Of a stretch of 64,000 nt of DNA, positions 37,112-47,439 are shown piece by piece (position 1 is the first letter of the stretch; each line of letters opens with the position of its first letter). The DNA is from an uncultured virus (IMG/VR IMGVR_UViG_3300032291_001634) (Duplodnaviria > Heunggongvirae > Uroviricota > Caudoviricetes). The stretch is from IMG/VR virus record IMGVR_UViG_3300032291_001634; one strand, written 5' to 3'. Position numbers and translations under genes: made by a program. A model generated the notes under the pieces. That model was given only the letters and a program-made list of their open reading frames with translations, had not been told where the DNA came from and ran no database searches.

Positions 37112-37528
37112 CTATAAGTTTTGTAATTCTATACCCCATGACCCGTATCTTGCAACTCGGCCTGGTAAATCTATAACGCCTTTTAAATTACCTCTATATG
37201 GTAACTCAGAAATAAAGTCATCAATATTGGCATATAACTCAGCATAATTAAACGGGTTTCCTCCCCGCCTGTCAAGTCTATCCATAATTGAATCAAGATG
37301 TTCTTGGGTCCAGTCATCTGTTTCAAAACCTGCTAGTTCTACTGAAAGCCCAAATTTATTAGCCAGTATCCATAAATGGGATAGTGACTGGTTGTTTAGT
37401 TTGCTGACCTTGCGGCTAGTCGAAGACCTTAGAAACTTGCGTGTTTCCTCTATCTCCGACTCAGCCACAACATCAATTAGTACTATGATACGTGGCGGAG
37501 TTTCATTAGAAATATCTCCGCCCCTCAT
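37112..37528 (-). CDS. hypothetical protein (possible degenerate HAD fold)
   Basis: MRGGDISN, IIVLIDVV; operon context. Confidence 0.6.
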   Translation of the reverse strand: MRGGDISNETPPRIIVLIDVVAESEIEETRKFLRSSTSRKVSKLNNQSLSHLWILANKFGLSVELAGFETDDWTQEHLDSIMDRLDRRGGNPFNYAELYANIDDFISELPYRGNLKGVIDLPGRVARYGSWGIELQNL

Positions 37529-37827
37529 TAGTAGATTACTTCAATCTTTGCGTTGTTAATAATAAACTTACGGAAAGACTCAGCATCATCCATTGCCTCT
37601 AGAACTTCGTTATCAGCAATTTCTTTTGAAATCTGTACTGCGTAGTGTCCGTTATTCTTCTTCATGTGGTTCTTAACAAACCTAGAGTGCTTGCACCCAT
37701 TGTTTGATGAAAAAGTGTTGCAATTACAACGGACATTTTCTGGTGAATCTTGACTAATTTCAACTTCATAAATCTTGAAAGTTGTTGGTTCTAGAAATAT
37801 CTGAACTGTACGCCAATTGTTATTCAT
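37528..37827 (-). CDS. SWIM zinc-finger protein
   Basis: RCNC..F....CKH. Confidence 0.8.
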   Translation of the reverse strand: MNNNWRTVQIFLEPTTFKIYEVEISQDSPENVRCNCNTFSSNNGCKHSRFVKNHMKKNNGHYAVQISKEIADNEVLEAMDDAESFRKFIINNAKIEVIY

Positions 37828-37838
37828 TGTATCTTCCT

Positions 37839-38567
37839 TTACTTTTTGTTTTTACGTAGGTCTTGACCATCAATACGAACACGAGTGAATGCTTCGTGAG
37901 CAAAACTACCCATTGCTGCCCCGTACTGTGCTGTCCAATCTTCACGCTTTACGTTTGTCGTGATGATTGTTGGTAGAGCTTTATCATAACGGGAACGAAG
38001 AATCTCGTCAAATGAACTGTCGTTGTAAGTAGAGCCGTACTCTTTTCCAAGGTCATCTAGTACAAGAACACGGACATTTAGCCAGTCTTCTTTGGCACGG
38101 CCATGGAAACCCTCCATCTCACGGTATAGCTCTTTACGAAGCTCACCCTCAGCATCCATGATTGCTTTCTTACGAGATAGAAACTCTGGGAAAGTCATGT
38201 AATAAATCGGACGAGACTGCATACCGAAAGTCTCTGGATTCATAGCCAGTACTTCCCTAGCCTCGTCCTCGTTGTTTGACAGATTACGGATTAGCTCCAT
38301 AAGAGTAACAACAGCATGTGTTGTCTTTCCTAGTCCTGGGCCACCGTCAAACAGTAGTCCAACACCCGTCATTCCTAAGCCACCAATCTGCTTGATAACT
38401 TTGCCCTCAAGGACCTGTTCTAACCAGATATCCACTTCTTCAGGGAATTCTCCTGTAGTTGCAATGATATCTGCTGGTTCCATCCCAATAAAGCGACGAG
38501 GGATGTTAGCACTGCGAATTAACCAGTGACGTTTAATTGGTTCGATTTGTGATATGTCGTATGACAT
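37839..38567 (-). CDS. DnaC/IstB-like AAA ATPase (helicase loader)
   Basis: NIPRRF, GGPGLGKT, LVLDDLGKE, R.RY...LPTIITTN. Confidence 0.88.
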   Translation of the reverse strand: MSYDISQIEPIKRHWLIRSANIPRRFIGMEPADIIATTGEFPEEVDIWLEQVLEGKVIKQIGGLGMTGVGLLFDGGPGLGKTTHAVVTLMELIRNLSNNEDEAREVLAMNPETFGMQSRPIYYMTFPEFLSRKKAIMDAEGELRKELYREMEGFHGRAKEDWLNVRVLVLDDLGKEYGSTYNDSSFDEILRSRYDKALPTIITTNVKREDWTAQYGAAMGSFAHEAFTRVRIDGQDLRKNKK

Positions 38568-39103
38568 TATTGCCTTCCTAATTTAGATTCGTAACGTTCT
38601 AATGCTGCCTTACCAATGATGGTGTTGTCAAATAGCTTACCATCACTAGCTGTTAAATTACTATTACTACTATTATCTTCTTTAATGACTACTTGACTAG
38701 TTTGACTTATCTTATTGACATTATTAGTTATAAAGACTAAAAAGATATTAACAGTTTTACTTGGTTGTCTTTTAACTGCTATTAAGTTTCTTTCATCACC
38801 TATAAACTTGTCAAGTAAGTCAAGTTCCATAGCTGCAGTTATACCGAATTCCTTACGATACTTAGCTAGTAAGATAGTAAGAGTTTTAGTATTTATCATA
38901 TTTGGAATACCACGAACCTTGTCGTAGATACGCCAACTAAACTCCGATGCAACATCTGCAGGAGTCCATTCTTCCCTTGCCCTTTGATGACGGGTCTTGG
39001 AACTTTTCTTACTTACTGAAGACTTCTTTTGGCCAGAAGGGGTATCTCCATCAAGTAATCCAAATCCTTTTAAATCATCATCATCATCATTCCACCTATT
39101 CAC
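38567..39103 (-). CDS. hypothetical protein (possible replication initiator partner)
   Basis: TAATG-coupled directly upstream of the DnaC-like gene. Confidence 0.6.
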   Translation of the reverse strand: MNRWNDDDDDLKGFGLLDGDTPSGQKKSSVSKKSSKTRHQRAREEWTPADVASEFSWRIYDKVRGIPNMINTKTLTILLAKYRKEFGITAAMELDLLDKFIGDERNLIAVKRQPSKTVNIFLVFITNNVNKISQTSQVVIKEDNSSNSNLTASDGKLFDNTIIGKAALERYESKLGRQ

Positions 39104-39114
39104 CTATTCTCCTA

Positions 39115-39369
39115 TTAACGACGGTTGATAGTGTTTATAGTAACAGGTCTATTTAATAAATGCAAAACGGAAAGTGAGAAAAAAGCAGAAGCTAGTCCAA
39201 CTACAACTAACGGTAGCCCCGTAATTCCCATAAGCCAAGCTGCACCATAAGATAGGGGGAGTGTTAAAATCCGTTTAAGCCAACGGTCGCTACTCATAAA
39301 TGAGCCAATAAACTCCAAGATATAGCCAGTAGCCATTCCTGAAATAATTACTAGAATTAAAGTGTCCAT
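39115..39369 (-). CDS. small 3-TM membrane protein (holin-like)
   Basis: three hydrophobic segments and a basic C-terminus. Confidence 0.55.
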   Translation of the reverse strand: MDTLILVIISGMATGYILEFIGSFMSSDRWLKRILTLPLSYGAAWLMGITGLPLVVVGLASAFFSLSVLHLLNRPVTINTINRR

Positions 39370-39381
39370 AGGTACATAGTA

Positions 39382-41496
39382 CTATGAAATTCCGGTTAAC
39401 GCAACTTCTGTAAAAGTAGAGCTATCATAAAAAGTTACATAATAAGGAGTGCTTATTGGGAGGTACTCTGTAATAGAGTCCATTAAATGATATAAACGCA
39501 ATTCTTTGCTCGGGTAGTAAACAGAAGGAGATTGTTGGTGAGTTCCAGACCAAGCAGCACCGTCATATGTCCTATTACCATCAAAGTAGTCTGTTGCAAC
39601 CGCTCCTTCTTCCAATTGAGCAGAATCTAAATAAAAGTCTTTAGAGCGAGTAGTGCTAGTTACTTTTACTGTTAGGGTTGTAGGGACAGATGAGCTGATT
39701 AATGAAACAGATAGACGTTGCCAGTCCTCTGTTATAGTTACTGTATTTGTTGAAGTTTTTGTACCGTCAGTAAGTACGATAGATATATCTTGGGTATCAG
39801 CTACGCTTTTAGCATAAATTGAAAAAGTGTAAACTTCAGAAGACAGTAAGCTACCTGAGTAACTTGTTTGCACAGTTCCTAAGTAGGTTCCTGTTCCAGA
39901 TGAAGTAGTGACTAATGCCATAGAGTCTGAGCCTGGGCCCAGGTTTAAGCTACTTGGAACTTGAATTGCAGTAATATTAGTAAGCGTCCAACTACTTGGA
40001 ACATCACTTACTTCTGCTTCAAAAGAAGGGTTTGAAAGATAGTTGTATTTAGCTGGTAATAGGTTAACTATTACTCCACGGGGCTCTACATAGTTAGTTA
40101 CTGAAGACGCTCTTTCAAATTGAACCATGTCAAGGTAGTAAGAAGATGAAGACGCAAAACTAAACCCTATAGAAGCGTACACAGAATTTTCAGGAGCTAC
40201 AGCAGTAAAATACTTCCTAAACCACGGTGTGCTTGAAGATAAAGTTGTTCCTGTCCCAGAAGTAGTAGACAGGATTCTTCCCAGATAATCATGCCAAGTA
40301 ATACTTACTGAAACATCGGCTGGAACTTTAGAGTAAAAAGATAACGTATAAGTACCTGGTTTAACAGGAATTGCATTATTTACCGGGCTATTAGCCCCAT
40401 ATGTGACCGACTGGTTACTCCCAGTTGTTAACACCTTTAAACAGTACACAGAGTCTAGGGAGTTTGTTACTTCTACATCATCACTTTTTATAAGCACGTC
40501 TACGTCAGAGGTTACTGATAGAGTAACCCCATCGCCAGGAAGCCAGCTACCAATTGTAGTTCCTGCTGTCCAGTCTTCAATATCAAATGTGCTTTCCTCA
40601 TGGGATAGAATTAAGTTTGATGTTTCTGTAATTACAGTAGAATATCCTGTCAAATCTTTTACAAATAGTTTTAAGCTGTTTAGTGTGCCCTTGCCACCAT
40701 AAATAGCTAAAGCATCTCTAACTAATCTTTTTTGAGATTTAATAGATAAGTCATTATAAGGTTTAATTGCAAGCTCAAAAGACTTTAATTTAAGTATTTC
40801 CTTAGAAGAATTTTCACCGTTATTATTAGGAATAATTAATCTTGCAAAAGTTAAAAACTCGTCAATAGTAAAGGAGAATCCTTCAAAAAATGTTGATATT
40901 AATGAATTATCAACAGCTCCAGTTTCTTCTAAATAGCTGTCATAATTAGGGTTAGCTTCATCTACTGGAGATAAAGATGTGCTAGTTATAACAGAAGGTA
41001 AATAAGACATAAATCTTTGATGAGTTGTAGACATACCTAAACTAGTTGGGATTGTTTTGTCATAAAACTCTAAAGTAGTGCTATTAAACTCGCTCTGTAC
41101 AGTAGAGATGTCACTTGTAAGTGTATTTTTAAATGGCACCAGCACAGTTGCATCTCCAGCAGGTTCCCAATATGAGTTAGCGCTTCGTTTAAGCCATGCT
41201 CTATAATAAGCAAATCTTCCCTCAACTAAGGTGTTGTCTAAAACAGTGCTAGCGGTAGGATATTCGTTGAGATTAGTTGCATAGATTATTTTCCCATCTT
41301 CAGCTGTTTCTGGATAACCGTCTTGGTTTCTTACGATTCTAAATAGAACGTAGCTACCAGTAGGAACAGCATACGAAACTGAAACTTGGTTGTAGGTAAC
41401 GGCTGTAGCTACTACCGGCTCAGCGGTGTAGTCTAAGCGGCTTCCATCACCATAAAGAGTTCCGTCATTGTATTTAAACTCAGAATAAAGAGCCAT
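39382..41496 (-). CDS. baseplate/tail protein (P2 gpI-like) with carbohydrate-binding-like domains
   Basis: YGGKGT...L; two NPSFE/YTFS.Y.K/W.R.S/D..Q.E domains; TDYFDG. Confidence 0.7.
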   Translation of the reverse strand: MALYSEFKYNDGTLYGDGSRLDYTAEPVVATAVTYNQVSVSYAVPTGSYVLFRIVRNQDGYPETAEDGKIIYATNLNEYPTASTVLDNTLVEGRFAYYRAWLKRSANSYWEPAGDATVLVPFKNTLTSDISTVQSEFNSTTLEFYDKTIPTSLGMSTTHQRFMSYLPSVITSTSLSPVDEANPNYDSYLEETGAVDNSLISTFFEGFSFTIDEFLTFARLIIPNNNGENSSKEILKLKSFELAIKPYNDLSIKSQKRLVRDALAIYGGKGTLNSLKLFVKDLTGYSTVITETSNLILSHEESTFDIEDWTAGTTIGSWLPGDGVTLSVTSDVDVLIKSDDVEVTNSLDSVYCLKVLTTGSNQSVTYGANSPVNNAIPVKPGTYTLSFYSKVPADVSVSITWHDYLGRILSTTSGTGTTLSSSTPWFRKYFTAVAPENSVYASIGFSFASSSSYYLDMVQFERASSVTNYVEPRGVIVNLLPAKYNYLSNPSFEAEVSDVPSSWTLTNITAIQVPSSLNLGPGSDSMALVTTSSGTGTYLGTVQTSYSGSLLSSEVYTFSIYAKSVADTQDISIVLTDGTKTSTNTVTITEDWQRLSVSLISSSVPTTLTVKVTSTTRSKDFYLDSAQLEEGAVATDYFDGNRTYDGAAWSGTHQQSPSVYYPSKELRLYHLMDSITEYLPISTPYYVTFYDSSTFTEVALTGIS

Positions 41497-42233
41497 TAAA
41501 TTACCTCATCTGCTATATAGTTGCCTGAAATATGGAAATTATCAGCTACTGCCAGTGTTACTGGGTTTGTTGGAGTAAACGCAACATTGTAAGCACTATT
41601 AGCGTGAGCATCAATGCTCTTTAATACCATTTGAGATTGTCCCGCTAAAACGTGACCGAAGATAGGGTAGTCGGTGCCAGTAGATATGTCGTGCAAACAA
41701 CCAGCTGCAAACTGATAGTTGTGTTTGGATGGAAAAGGTAAGTTCATGTAGTACTGACCACTGCCAAAACTAGTAATGTTATCCATGTCTACGTCAATAG
41801 TAAAGTGTACCATTCCACCTACCTTTGAATAAAAACCTGTAAAAAGTGGTTGTCCATCAAAAGTAGGTTGGGTGCTTAGTGTGCCGCCAACTACAGTAAA
41901 AGGAACATCGAATTCATCTGGTTGAGATACAACTAAATTTGGAACAGGGTCAGTCGTTTCAACGGCTGTAGTAGAGCCTCCAAAAGTACCAATCCACATA
42001 GGATAAGATGGGTCGCCCCCCTCAAACATAGTCCATACTCCCTGCCCAACGTTAGGAATAACAGTGCTAGTACCGTATTTTTCAACAGGCCAAGCCCACT
42101 CTGTTTCTTGGTTAGCAAGAATTTGTGGTACTTTTAGCTTTAAACGCCCAAGTCCTTGTGGGTCTTGAGTACTAGCTACGACACCTCTATAGACACCATA
42201 AAATCTAGCATTACCATAAACGTCTTTTATCAT
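41496..42233 (-). CDS. baseplate spike protein (gp5/gpV OB fold)
   Basis: YGVYRGVV...DP...GRLKLKVP, EWAWP, P.VG.GVW.MFEGGDPSYP.W.G. Confidence 0.88.
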   Translation of the reverse strand: MIKDVYGNARFYGVYRGVVASTQDPQGLGRLKLKVPQILANQETEWAWPVEKYGTSTVIPNVGQGVWTMFEGGDPSYPMWIGTFGGSTTAVETTDPVPNLVVSQPDEFDVPFTVVGGTLSTQPTFDGQPLFTGFYSKVGGMVHFTIDVDMDNITSFGSGQYYMNLPFPSKHNYQFAAGCLHDISTGTDYPIFGHVLAGQSQMVLKSIDAHANSAYNVAFTPTNPVTLAVADNFHISGNYIADEVI

Positions 42234-45200
42234 TAAGCAATTCCGGTGATAGTTAGTGCGTAACTAGTAACAGTTACTCCGTCACTAGCAGTTACTGTTA
42301 GAATAATTGGAGAATCAAATGAGGTTATTACCACTGATTCACCACTAGACTTAGCAATATTATTAATAGTTATTGAAGCCTCTGCATCAGCTAAAGCAGG
42401 AGTAACTGTTAATGAAGCTGTAGTTGCTGGGACAGTAACAATGTAGTTATATACAGAAGAGTTAAATGTCTTAGAGAATGTAACTGGAGTAACAGTTGAA
42501 CCACCAGTGTTCTTAGCTACTAGAGTTATGCCAGTTAAAGTAGAGACACTAGACGCTCTAGACAAAGTTATTCCACTTTCTTGGAAAACAAACAACTCGT
42601 CTGCAGTACCAATAAGGCTGTTACGTCCAGAACCACCTGGTCTGTAAAGGGATGTAACTCTTACGTTTCTAACACCAGCTACTTGGCGCAATTTAAACTC
42701 AATTTCTTCAGGAGTAATAACATCTGCAAATTGAACTTCGCTAAACGCAAAGTCACCAGTAATAGCTGCTTTAATGTTAGCCTCTACCACTGCAGGTGAG
42801 TACTGTGCTAGAACAGAGTAAGTAATTGCTACAGAAATATCAGTATAGGTAGGTTGACTATAAGTTACAGTAGTTCCAATAGATTTTTTATCGTCTAAAA
42901 ATTCTGGAACACTAGTATCTAGAAGGTAGGCTAACTGAGTAGTTAATTCAAATGACTGAGATATATCCCCGATAATTCCCGGGAAAAGGTCTGAAGCATC
43001 TGACTGGGTAGGGGCTATGTATACAGTAACATTGCTTCTATTAGTTGCTGTTGCATTTGCTTTAGCAACTCCAGGAACAGTCAATGCAAGATTAGCAAAG
43101 TCCTCTAAAGTTACAGCTCTATTAAGGCTACGAAGTGCTCTAGGCGTATTGTAGCGAATACTGTCATTAGTTTCTGGGTCAGCACCACCAGCCGCTGCTA
43201 GGGGGTTAGTAACGGTTACTCTTGAGCGTAGGATTGCTTGGTCCGCACTAGTTAGGCCAGGAATACTGCCAATGGTTGTAATTGTTCCAGCTCCTACGTT
43301 ACCAATAGCTCCACCACCAGCGATATACTTAGTTTTAACTGCTGCTTCTGCTGTAGGTATAGTTCCGGAAATACCATCTCCAAAGTTAATTGCAACTTGG
43401 TTAGAAGAGCTTACATTTACGCTAAATACTTTATCTCCAGAAGAGTAGTCTCTTAGGTTTTGAACTTGACTCCATTGTTCAAACTCTAAACCGTTATCAA
43501 TATATACCTCTACAGTTGTAGGGTCTACTTGTTTTTCTTTTAGGATAAATGACTGTGCAGGTGTTCCATCAGAAAAACCTAGCAGTTCTCCATTAATGTC
43601 GTATGCAGTTGCTGAAACATTAGCTAAGTTTTCAGTTCTTAATGAGATATCCTCACCCTGAATTGCAAGAACACTGTCTGAAGTTGTTCCCCTAAAAGGT
43701 ACAGAGATGTCGCTTTGTGTAATAAAAGTAAGGACTTTTGTTGCACCAGCATCAGTGACCTGTGCGCTTACCTGAGTTCCTTGTGGGATTTCATCAAATC
43801 CGTATTCTCTTACCTGTCCAATACTGGCTCCACCACCAAAAATTGCTGGCAAATTTGAGTAATAAACTACACCACCAGTTGTGTAAGTACCACCAGCAAG
43901 AGCAGTAGCTGTTGCTCCAGCAGTTGAATTAACAACTGTATTTTTTGAGTTGGTTACTTTAAACTGCCTACAAACAACAGACCCTGATGATGGTTGGCTA
44001 TCAGCATTTCCTCTAGTAGATACAGGGGCACTAACTGTAAACTTGTAAAGATTAGCAGTACCTCCAGAAACATACGTATCTGTAAAATACGACTCAACAG
44101 TAAAGGAGTCTGAAGTAACTGAAAGAATTTTTGCTGATTCAATGTTATAGACAGAAGTCGCATCTCCATCCAAAGAACTTTGTACACCAGTTATTGTCAC
44201 ATATTCATTTTTCTTAAATCCATGAGGAGCAGAGGTAGTGTACACGGCTGTAGTAGCGCCTCCAACAACATTTATTATTGAAGCAGTTACAGTGCTTGGA
44301 GTTACAACATCAACATCTCTAAAGTTAAACCCTACATTGTCTGTTCCAGTAGAGTTAAATAGGCTCCTAATTCCAGTGATATTTACAATATCATTAGCAA
44401 CAAATTGTTTGTTAGTTGTAAACGTTACAATCTGGCTTGCATCATTACCGCTAAAAACAGCGCTTGTAACCACTGCTTGTGTGTCTTTAACCGCAGCAAC
44501 TACTGCTTCAGTAAAGTTATACCCAGAACCAGCTGTTCCACCAGTATTATCTGCACTTTTAACATCTCTAACATTAATTATTTGACCAACAATAAAGTCA
44601 TTCCAAGCAGAAAACGTTACAGTTGTTCCATCACCTTTTACTCTTGTAATATCGGCAGTGTTAAAAGCAGAGTCAACTGTAAAAGTAGCTGGAACTAACT
44701 CAGTAGCGTCTGTAACTGTGTCTACGGTCCATACACCATTATAGTTTTTAGAAGAACCAGACACAGTAACATTTTTTATTTCAATCTTTTGTCCAGGAGC
44801 AGGATTTAAAGAACCGGAAGAAGTGACTGTAAATGTAGTGCCATCAATAGTTATATCATCAATAGTTGCTTTTGGTTGATACCAAAGCACGTTTCTACCA
44901 ATATTGTTATATCCAATATACTCAACTACAAACTGACCGTTATATACCCCTGTATTGTAATCGACTAGTTGTCCGGAAATACTTCCAGTAGAAGTAGTTG
45001 GAATACCTACAACTCGAATAGTATCTCCAACTTCAAAAGTGTTGTCATTTGGAACAACTATTTTTGCTAGATTAGTATATGCCGTACTGTTTATTGTACC
45101 AGACTCAATAATGGCAGCACCAATACCTCCAAAGTAACCATTAGTGCTTGAAAAACGTAGGTCAACAATAGAACTAATATAACCGGATGGATTGTAGCCG

Positions 45201-45469
45201 TACATATTAGCTAAATTAATTAGGGTATCTCTTTGAGTAGCTGTCATAATGTATGACTCATTAGCAGCACGGTCAATGTAATAGTTAATCAAGTCACCCA
45301 TGTATGCAAATGACTCAATAAGAGCTACACCAAAGTCAGCTGGGTCGTTTCCTTGCCAACTGTTATTAGTTCTCTCTTTTACTCGCTCTATTAGCTGAGT
45401 TCTAAGTGAGTAGTAGTCTCTTCCAGTGTAATTTACTGAAAGAGGGATTTTATTTGCTGGTGCGGTCAT
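42233..45469 (-). CDS. baseplate wedge protein (gp6/gpJ-like) with inserted beta-domain repeats
   Basis: YTGRDY, D.G.AL.E..AY.GD..NYY.D, FGDG..G.IP, GGADPE, RAVTLEDF. Confidence 0.9.
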   Translation of the reverse strand: MTAPANKIPLSVNYTGRDYYSLRTQLIERVKERTNNSWQGNDPADFGVALIESFAYMGDLINYYIDRAANESYIMTATQRDTLINLANMYGYNPSGYISSIVDLRFSSTNGYFGGIGAAIIESGTINSTAYTNLAKIVVPNDNTFEVGDTIRVVGIPTTSTGSISGQLVDYNTGVYNGQFVVEYIGYNNIGRNVLWYQPKATIDDITIDGTTFTVTSSGSLNPAPGQKIEIKNVTVSGSSKNYNGVWTVDTVTDATELVPATFTVDSAFNTADITRVKGDGTTVTFSAWNDFIVGQIINVRDVKSADNTGGTAGSGYNFTEAVVAAVKDTQAVVTSAVFSGNDASQIVTFTTNKQFVANDIVNITGIRSLFNSTGTDNVGFNFRDVDVVTPSTVTASIINVVGGATTAVYTTSAPHGFKKNEYVTITGVQSSLDGDATSVYNIESAKILSVTSDSFTVESYFTDTYVSGGTANLYKFTVSAPVSTRGNADSQPSSGSVVCRQFKVTNSKNTVVNSTAGATATALAGGTYTTGGVVYYSNLPAIFGGGASIGQVREYGFDEIPQGTQVSAQVTDAGATKVLTFITQSDISVPFRGTTSDSVLAIQGEDISLRTENLANVSATAYDINGELLGFSDGTPAQSFILKEKQVDPTTVEVYIDNGLEFEQWSQVQNLRDYSSGDKVFSVNVSSSNQVAINFGDGISGTIPTAEAAVKTKYIAGGGAIGNVGAGTITTIGSIPGLTSADQAILRSRVTVTNPLAAAGGADPETNDSIRYNTPRALRSLNRAVTLEDFANLALTVPGVAKANATATNRSNVTVYIAPTQSDASDLFPGIIGDISQSFELTTQLAYLLDTSVPEFLDDKKSIGTTVTYSQPTYTDISVAITYSVLAQYSPAVVEANIKAAITGDFAFSEVQFADVITPEEIEFKLRQVAGVRNVRVTSLYRPGGSGRNSLIGTADELFVFQESGITLSRASSVSTLTGITLVAKNTGGSTVTPVTFSKTFNSSVYNYIVTVPATTASLTVTPALADAEASITINNIAKSSGESVVITSFDSPIILTVTASDGVTVTSYALTITGIA

Positions 45470-45882
45470 AGTGTCTCCTCAAAAGGGGCGGATGTATCGG
45501 ATACGGTAACAATTCCTACTTGAGCAACTACTTCGCTTTTATTTGGGAGTAGGTATACAATTGTTATGGTCAAGGTACTTGATAGCTCATTAAAAACCGG
45601 AGCTACGGATGTAAGCGTTAATAGGGGGAACTGCTCATGAAACACTCTGTTAACTTCTTTTGAAACAACTTCACTGGTAGTAGTTACTGTGTCGAAAAGA
45701 GCCTCACCAATTGTAGTTCCATAGGTTGGTCTCATCACTCTTTCACCAAGTCGAGTTCCAAGAGCAATACGGACTCTATCTTCCCAAATTTCTTCTTGAG
45801 AAGTAGCAAGTACTAAGTTCCCGGAATTATCTAGGGATAAAGGTAGCTTTAAAGCAACTTCTGAGCTATTTATTTCAGCCAT
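45466..45882 (-). CDS. gp25/gpW-like baseplate protein
   Basis: LGTRLGERVMRPTYG. Confidence 0.9.
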   Translation of the reverse strand: MAEINSSEVALKLPLSLDNSGNLVLATSQEEIWEDRVRIALGTRLGERVMRPTYGTTIGEALFDTVTTTSEVVSKEVNRVFHEQFPLLTLTSVAPVFNELSSTLTITIVYLLPNKSEVVAQVGIVTVSDTSAPFEETL

Positions 45883-45891
45883 TTTATACTC

Positions 45892-47163
45892 CTATCTTGC
45901 TTTCCATTTTTGGATAACTTTTTTATATCCTTGATTTGCTTCTTTTACTATCATACCAGTAGAGTTGAGCTCTACGGAGGCCATGTCAAAATATAGGGGA
46001 GAAATTCCGTTATTTTTTACAGCTTCTTCAACATTAACTAGGCCAACCTCAGATGCGTCCCTGGTTCTAAAGGAGGTCTCTAGGCTATCTCCCAACCCAT
46101 CGGTAGCAATTTTTAAGTCAATCATATAGTCCCCTATTTTATGGAACATATGTTTTGCCTCTTTAACAATCCAGAACCCATCTGTAAGATTGCCAGTACC
46201 TGAAATAAACACTGTGGAAAAAGGCCTAATCCTAGGGTCTCCCTGACCGCGTACAGTTGCAGGAAGGTTAAACCTAGCAAGCTCGGCAGCACCTTCAGCC
46301 TCTATTTTAGCTGCTTCTGCAGACTGCACTACCCTGTCAGTACGGTACTCTGAGAATAACACGTCGCTAGCATTACTACGCAGTTGGTTACCAGTATTTA
46401 GCGGGCTAGCCTCAGTTATGTACTCTTCATTGCTAACTGGGTTTACACCTCCAACATTTTTAATAGTCCTGTAGTTGACACTGTCTTCGATGTTATCTCC
46501 GCTGATAACACTGAACATATCTAATGTTCTATCTAATGCCTGGGTGTTAAATGGTACGGTAGCATCGCCAATACTTAAAATAGCTGCACTACTAAACCCA
46601 AAGTCTACTAACTTATCAATAGGTTTAAATATAAAGTTCATTCCGTCTACAATTATGCCGTAACCGATTCGTTTAGATTGCTCTACAATCCATTCCCAGT
46701 AAGTAAGGCCAGCAATAGTTAGTTGTGAAAACTTTTGCCCATTGTCTTCCCCAATAAAATTAAAGCCGTACTCTGTAACAATTTGCTCAACAGCTCTTGG
46801 AATTGAGCTATCTATAAAGATTCTTGCTGCTCTATCTTTTAGCGGAAACGAGCCGCCAACACAAACAATGTTCATAGAGTTGACACGCTGCGGAGAGTTG
46901 CTTTTAGAGGTAGATGACACATAGCCAATCCAGTTTTTAGATAGGGTATTTTGGTTCCATCTAAACTCTATAGGAACACCCGTTTGCAAAGACTCAAACC
47001 ATAGGGTGCTTTCTGCCGGGTATTCAAGAACTAGAACATCGTGAGAGTATTGTTTTTGGTACAAGTCAATGCGTCTTGGCTGAACAGTCAAAGACGGCAA
47101 AGTAGGAAAGGTAACTACAGTATTAGTACCTTTTCTATACTTTCCAATAAAAATATCAGACAC
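45892..47163 (-). CDS. baseplate hub protein (gpD/gp27-like)
   Basis: IVTEYGF, WEWIVE..KRIGY, GQGDPRIRP...V.ISG....DGFW.V....H. Confidence 0.8.
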   Translation of the reverse strand: MSDIFIGKYRKGTNTVVTFPTLPSLTVQPRRIDLYQKQYSHDVLVLEYPAESTLWFESLQTGVPIEFRWNQNTLSKNWIGYVSSTSKSNSPQRVNSMNIVCVGGSFPLKDRAARIFIDSSIPRAVEQIVTEYGFNFIGEDNGQKFSQLTIAGLTYWEWIVEQSKRIGYGIIVDGMNFIFKPIDKLVDFGFSSAAILSIGDATVPFNTQALDRTLDMFSVISGDNIEDSVNYRTIKNVGGVNPVSNEEYITEASPLNTGNQLRSNASDVLFSEYRTDRVVQSAEAAKIEAEGAAELARFNLPATVRGQGDPRIRPFSTVFISGTGNLTDGFWIVKEAKHMFHKIGDYMIDLKIATDGLGDSLETSFRTRDASEVGLVNVEEAVKNNGISPLYFDMASVELNSTGMIVKEANQGYKKVIQKWKAR

Positions 47164-47431
47164 TTGGAATCCTTATAGTAGTTCCAATAGGAATGCTAAA
47201 CGGGTCAACAATCTCAGGATTAGCATCCATAATCTTCCACCAATAAACCGGACTACCTAGAAGGTGGTGAGCTACGATATCAATTCTGTCTCCAGCAACC
47301 CATGTGTAATAATAAAAAGAAAACTTTACATTAGGAAAATTTCTATAGACACCTAACCGGTATGTTCCAGTACGGGCATCTTGTGCCTTTATGATTGTGC
47401 CTGTAGCGTATCTACTATCTGTATATATCAT
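47156..47431 (-). CDS. LysM/gpX-like baseplate protein
   Basis: GDRIDIVAH..LGSP.YWWKIMDANP....P..IP.GT.IRIP. Confidence 0.88.
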   Translation of the reverse strand: MIYTDSRYATGTIIKAQDARTGTYRLGVYRNFPNVKFSFYYYTWVAGDRIDIVAHHLLGSPVYWWKIMDANPEIVDPFSIPIGTTIRIPSV

Positions 47432-47439
47432 TTATTTCC

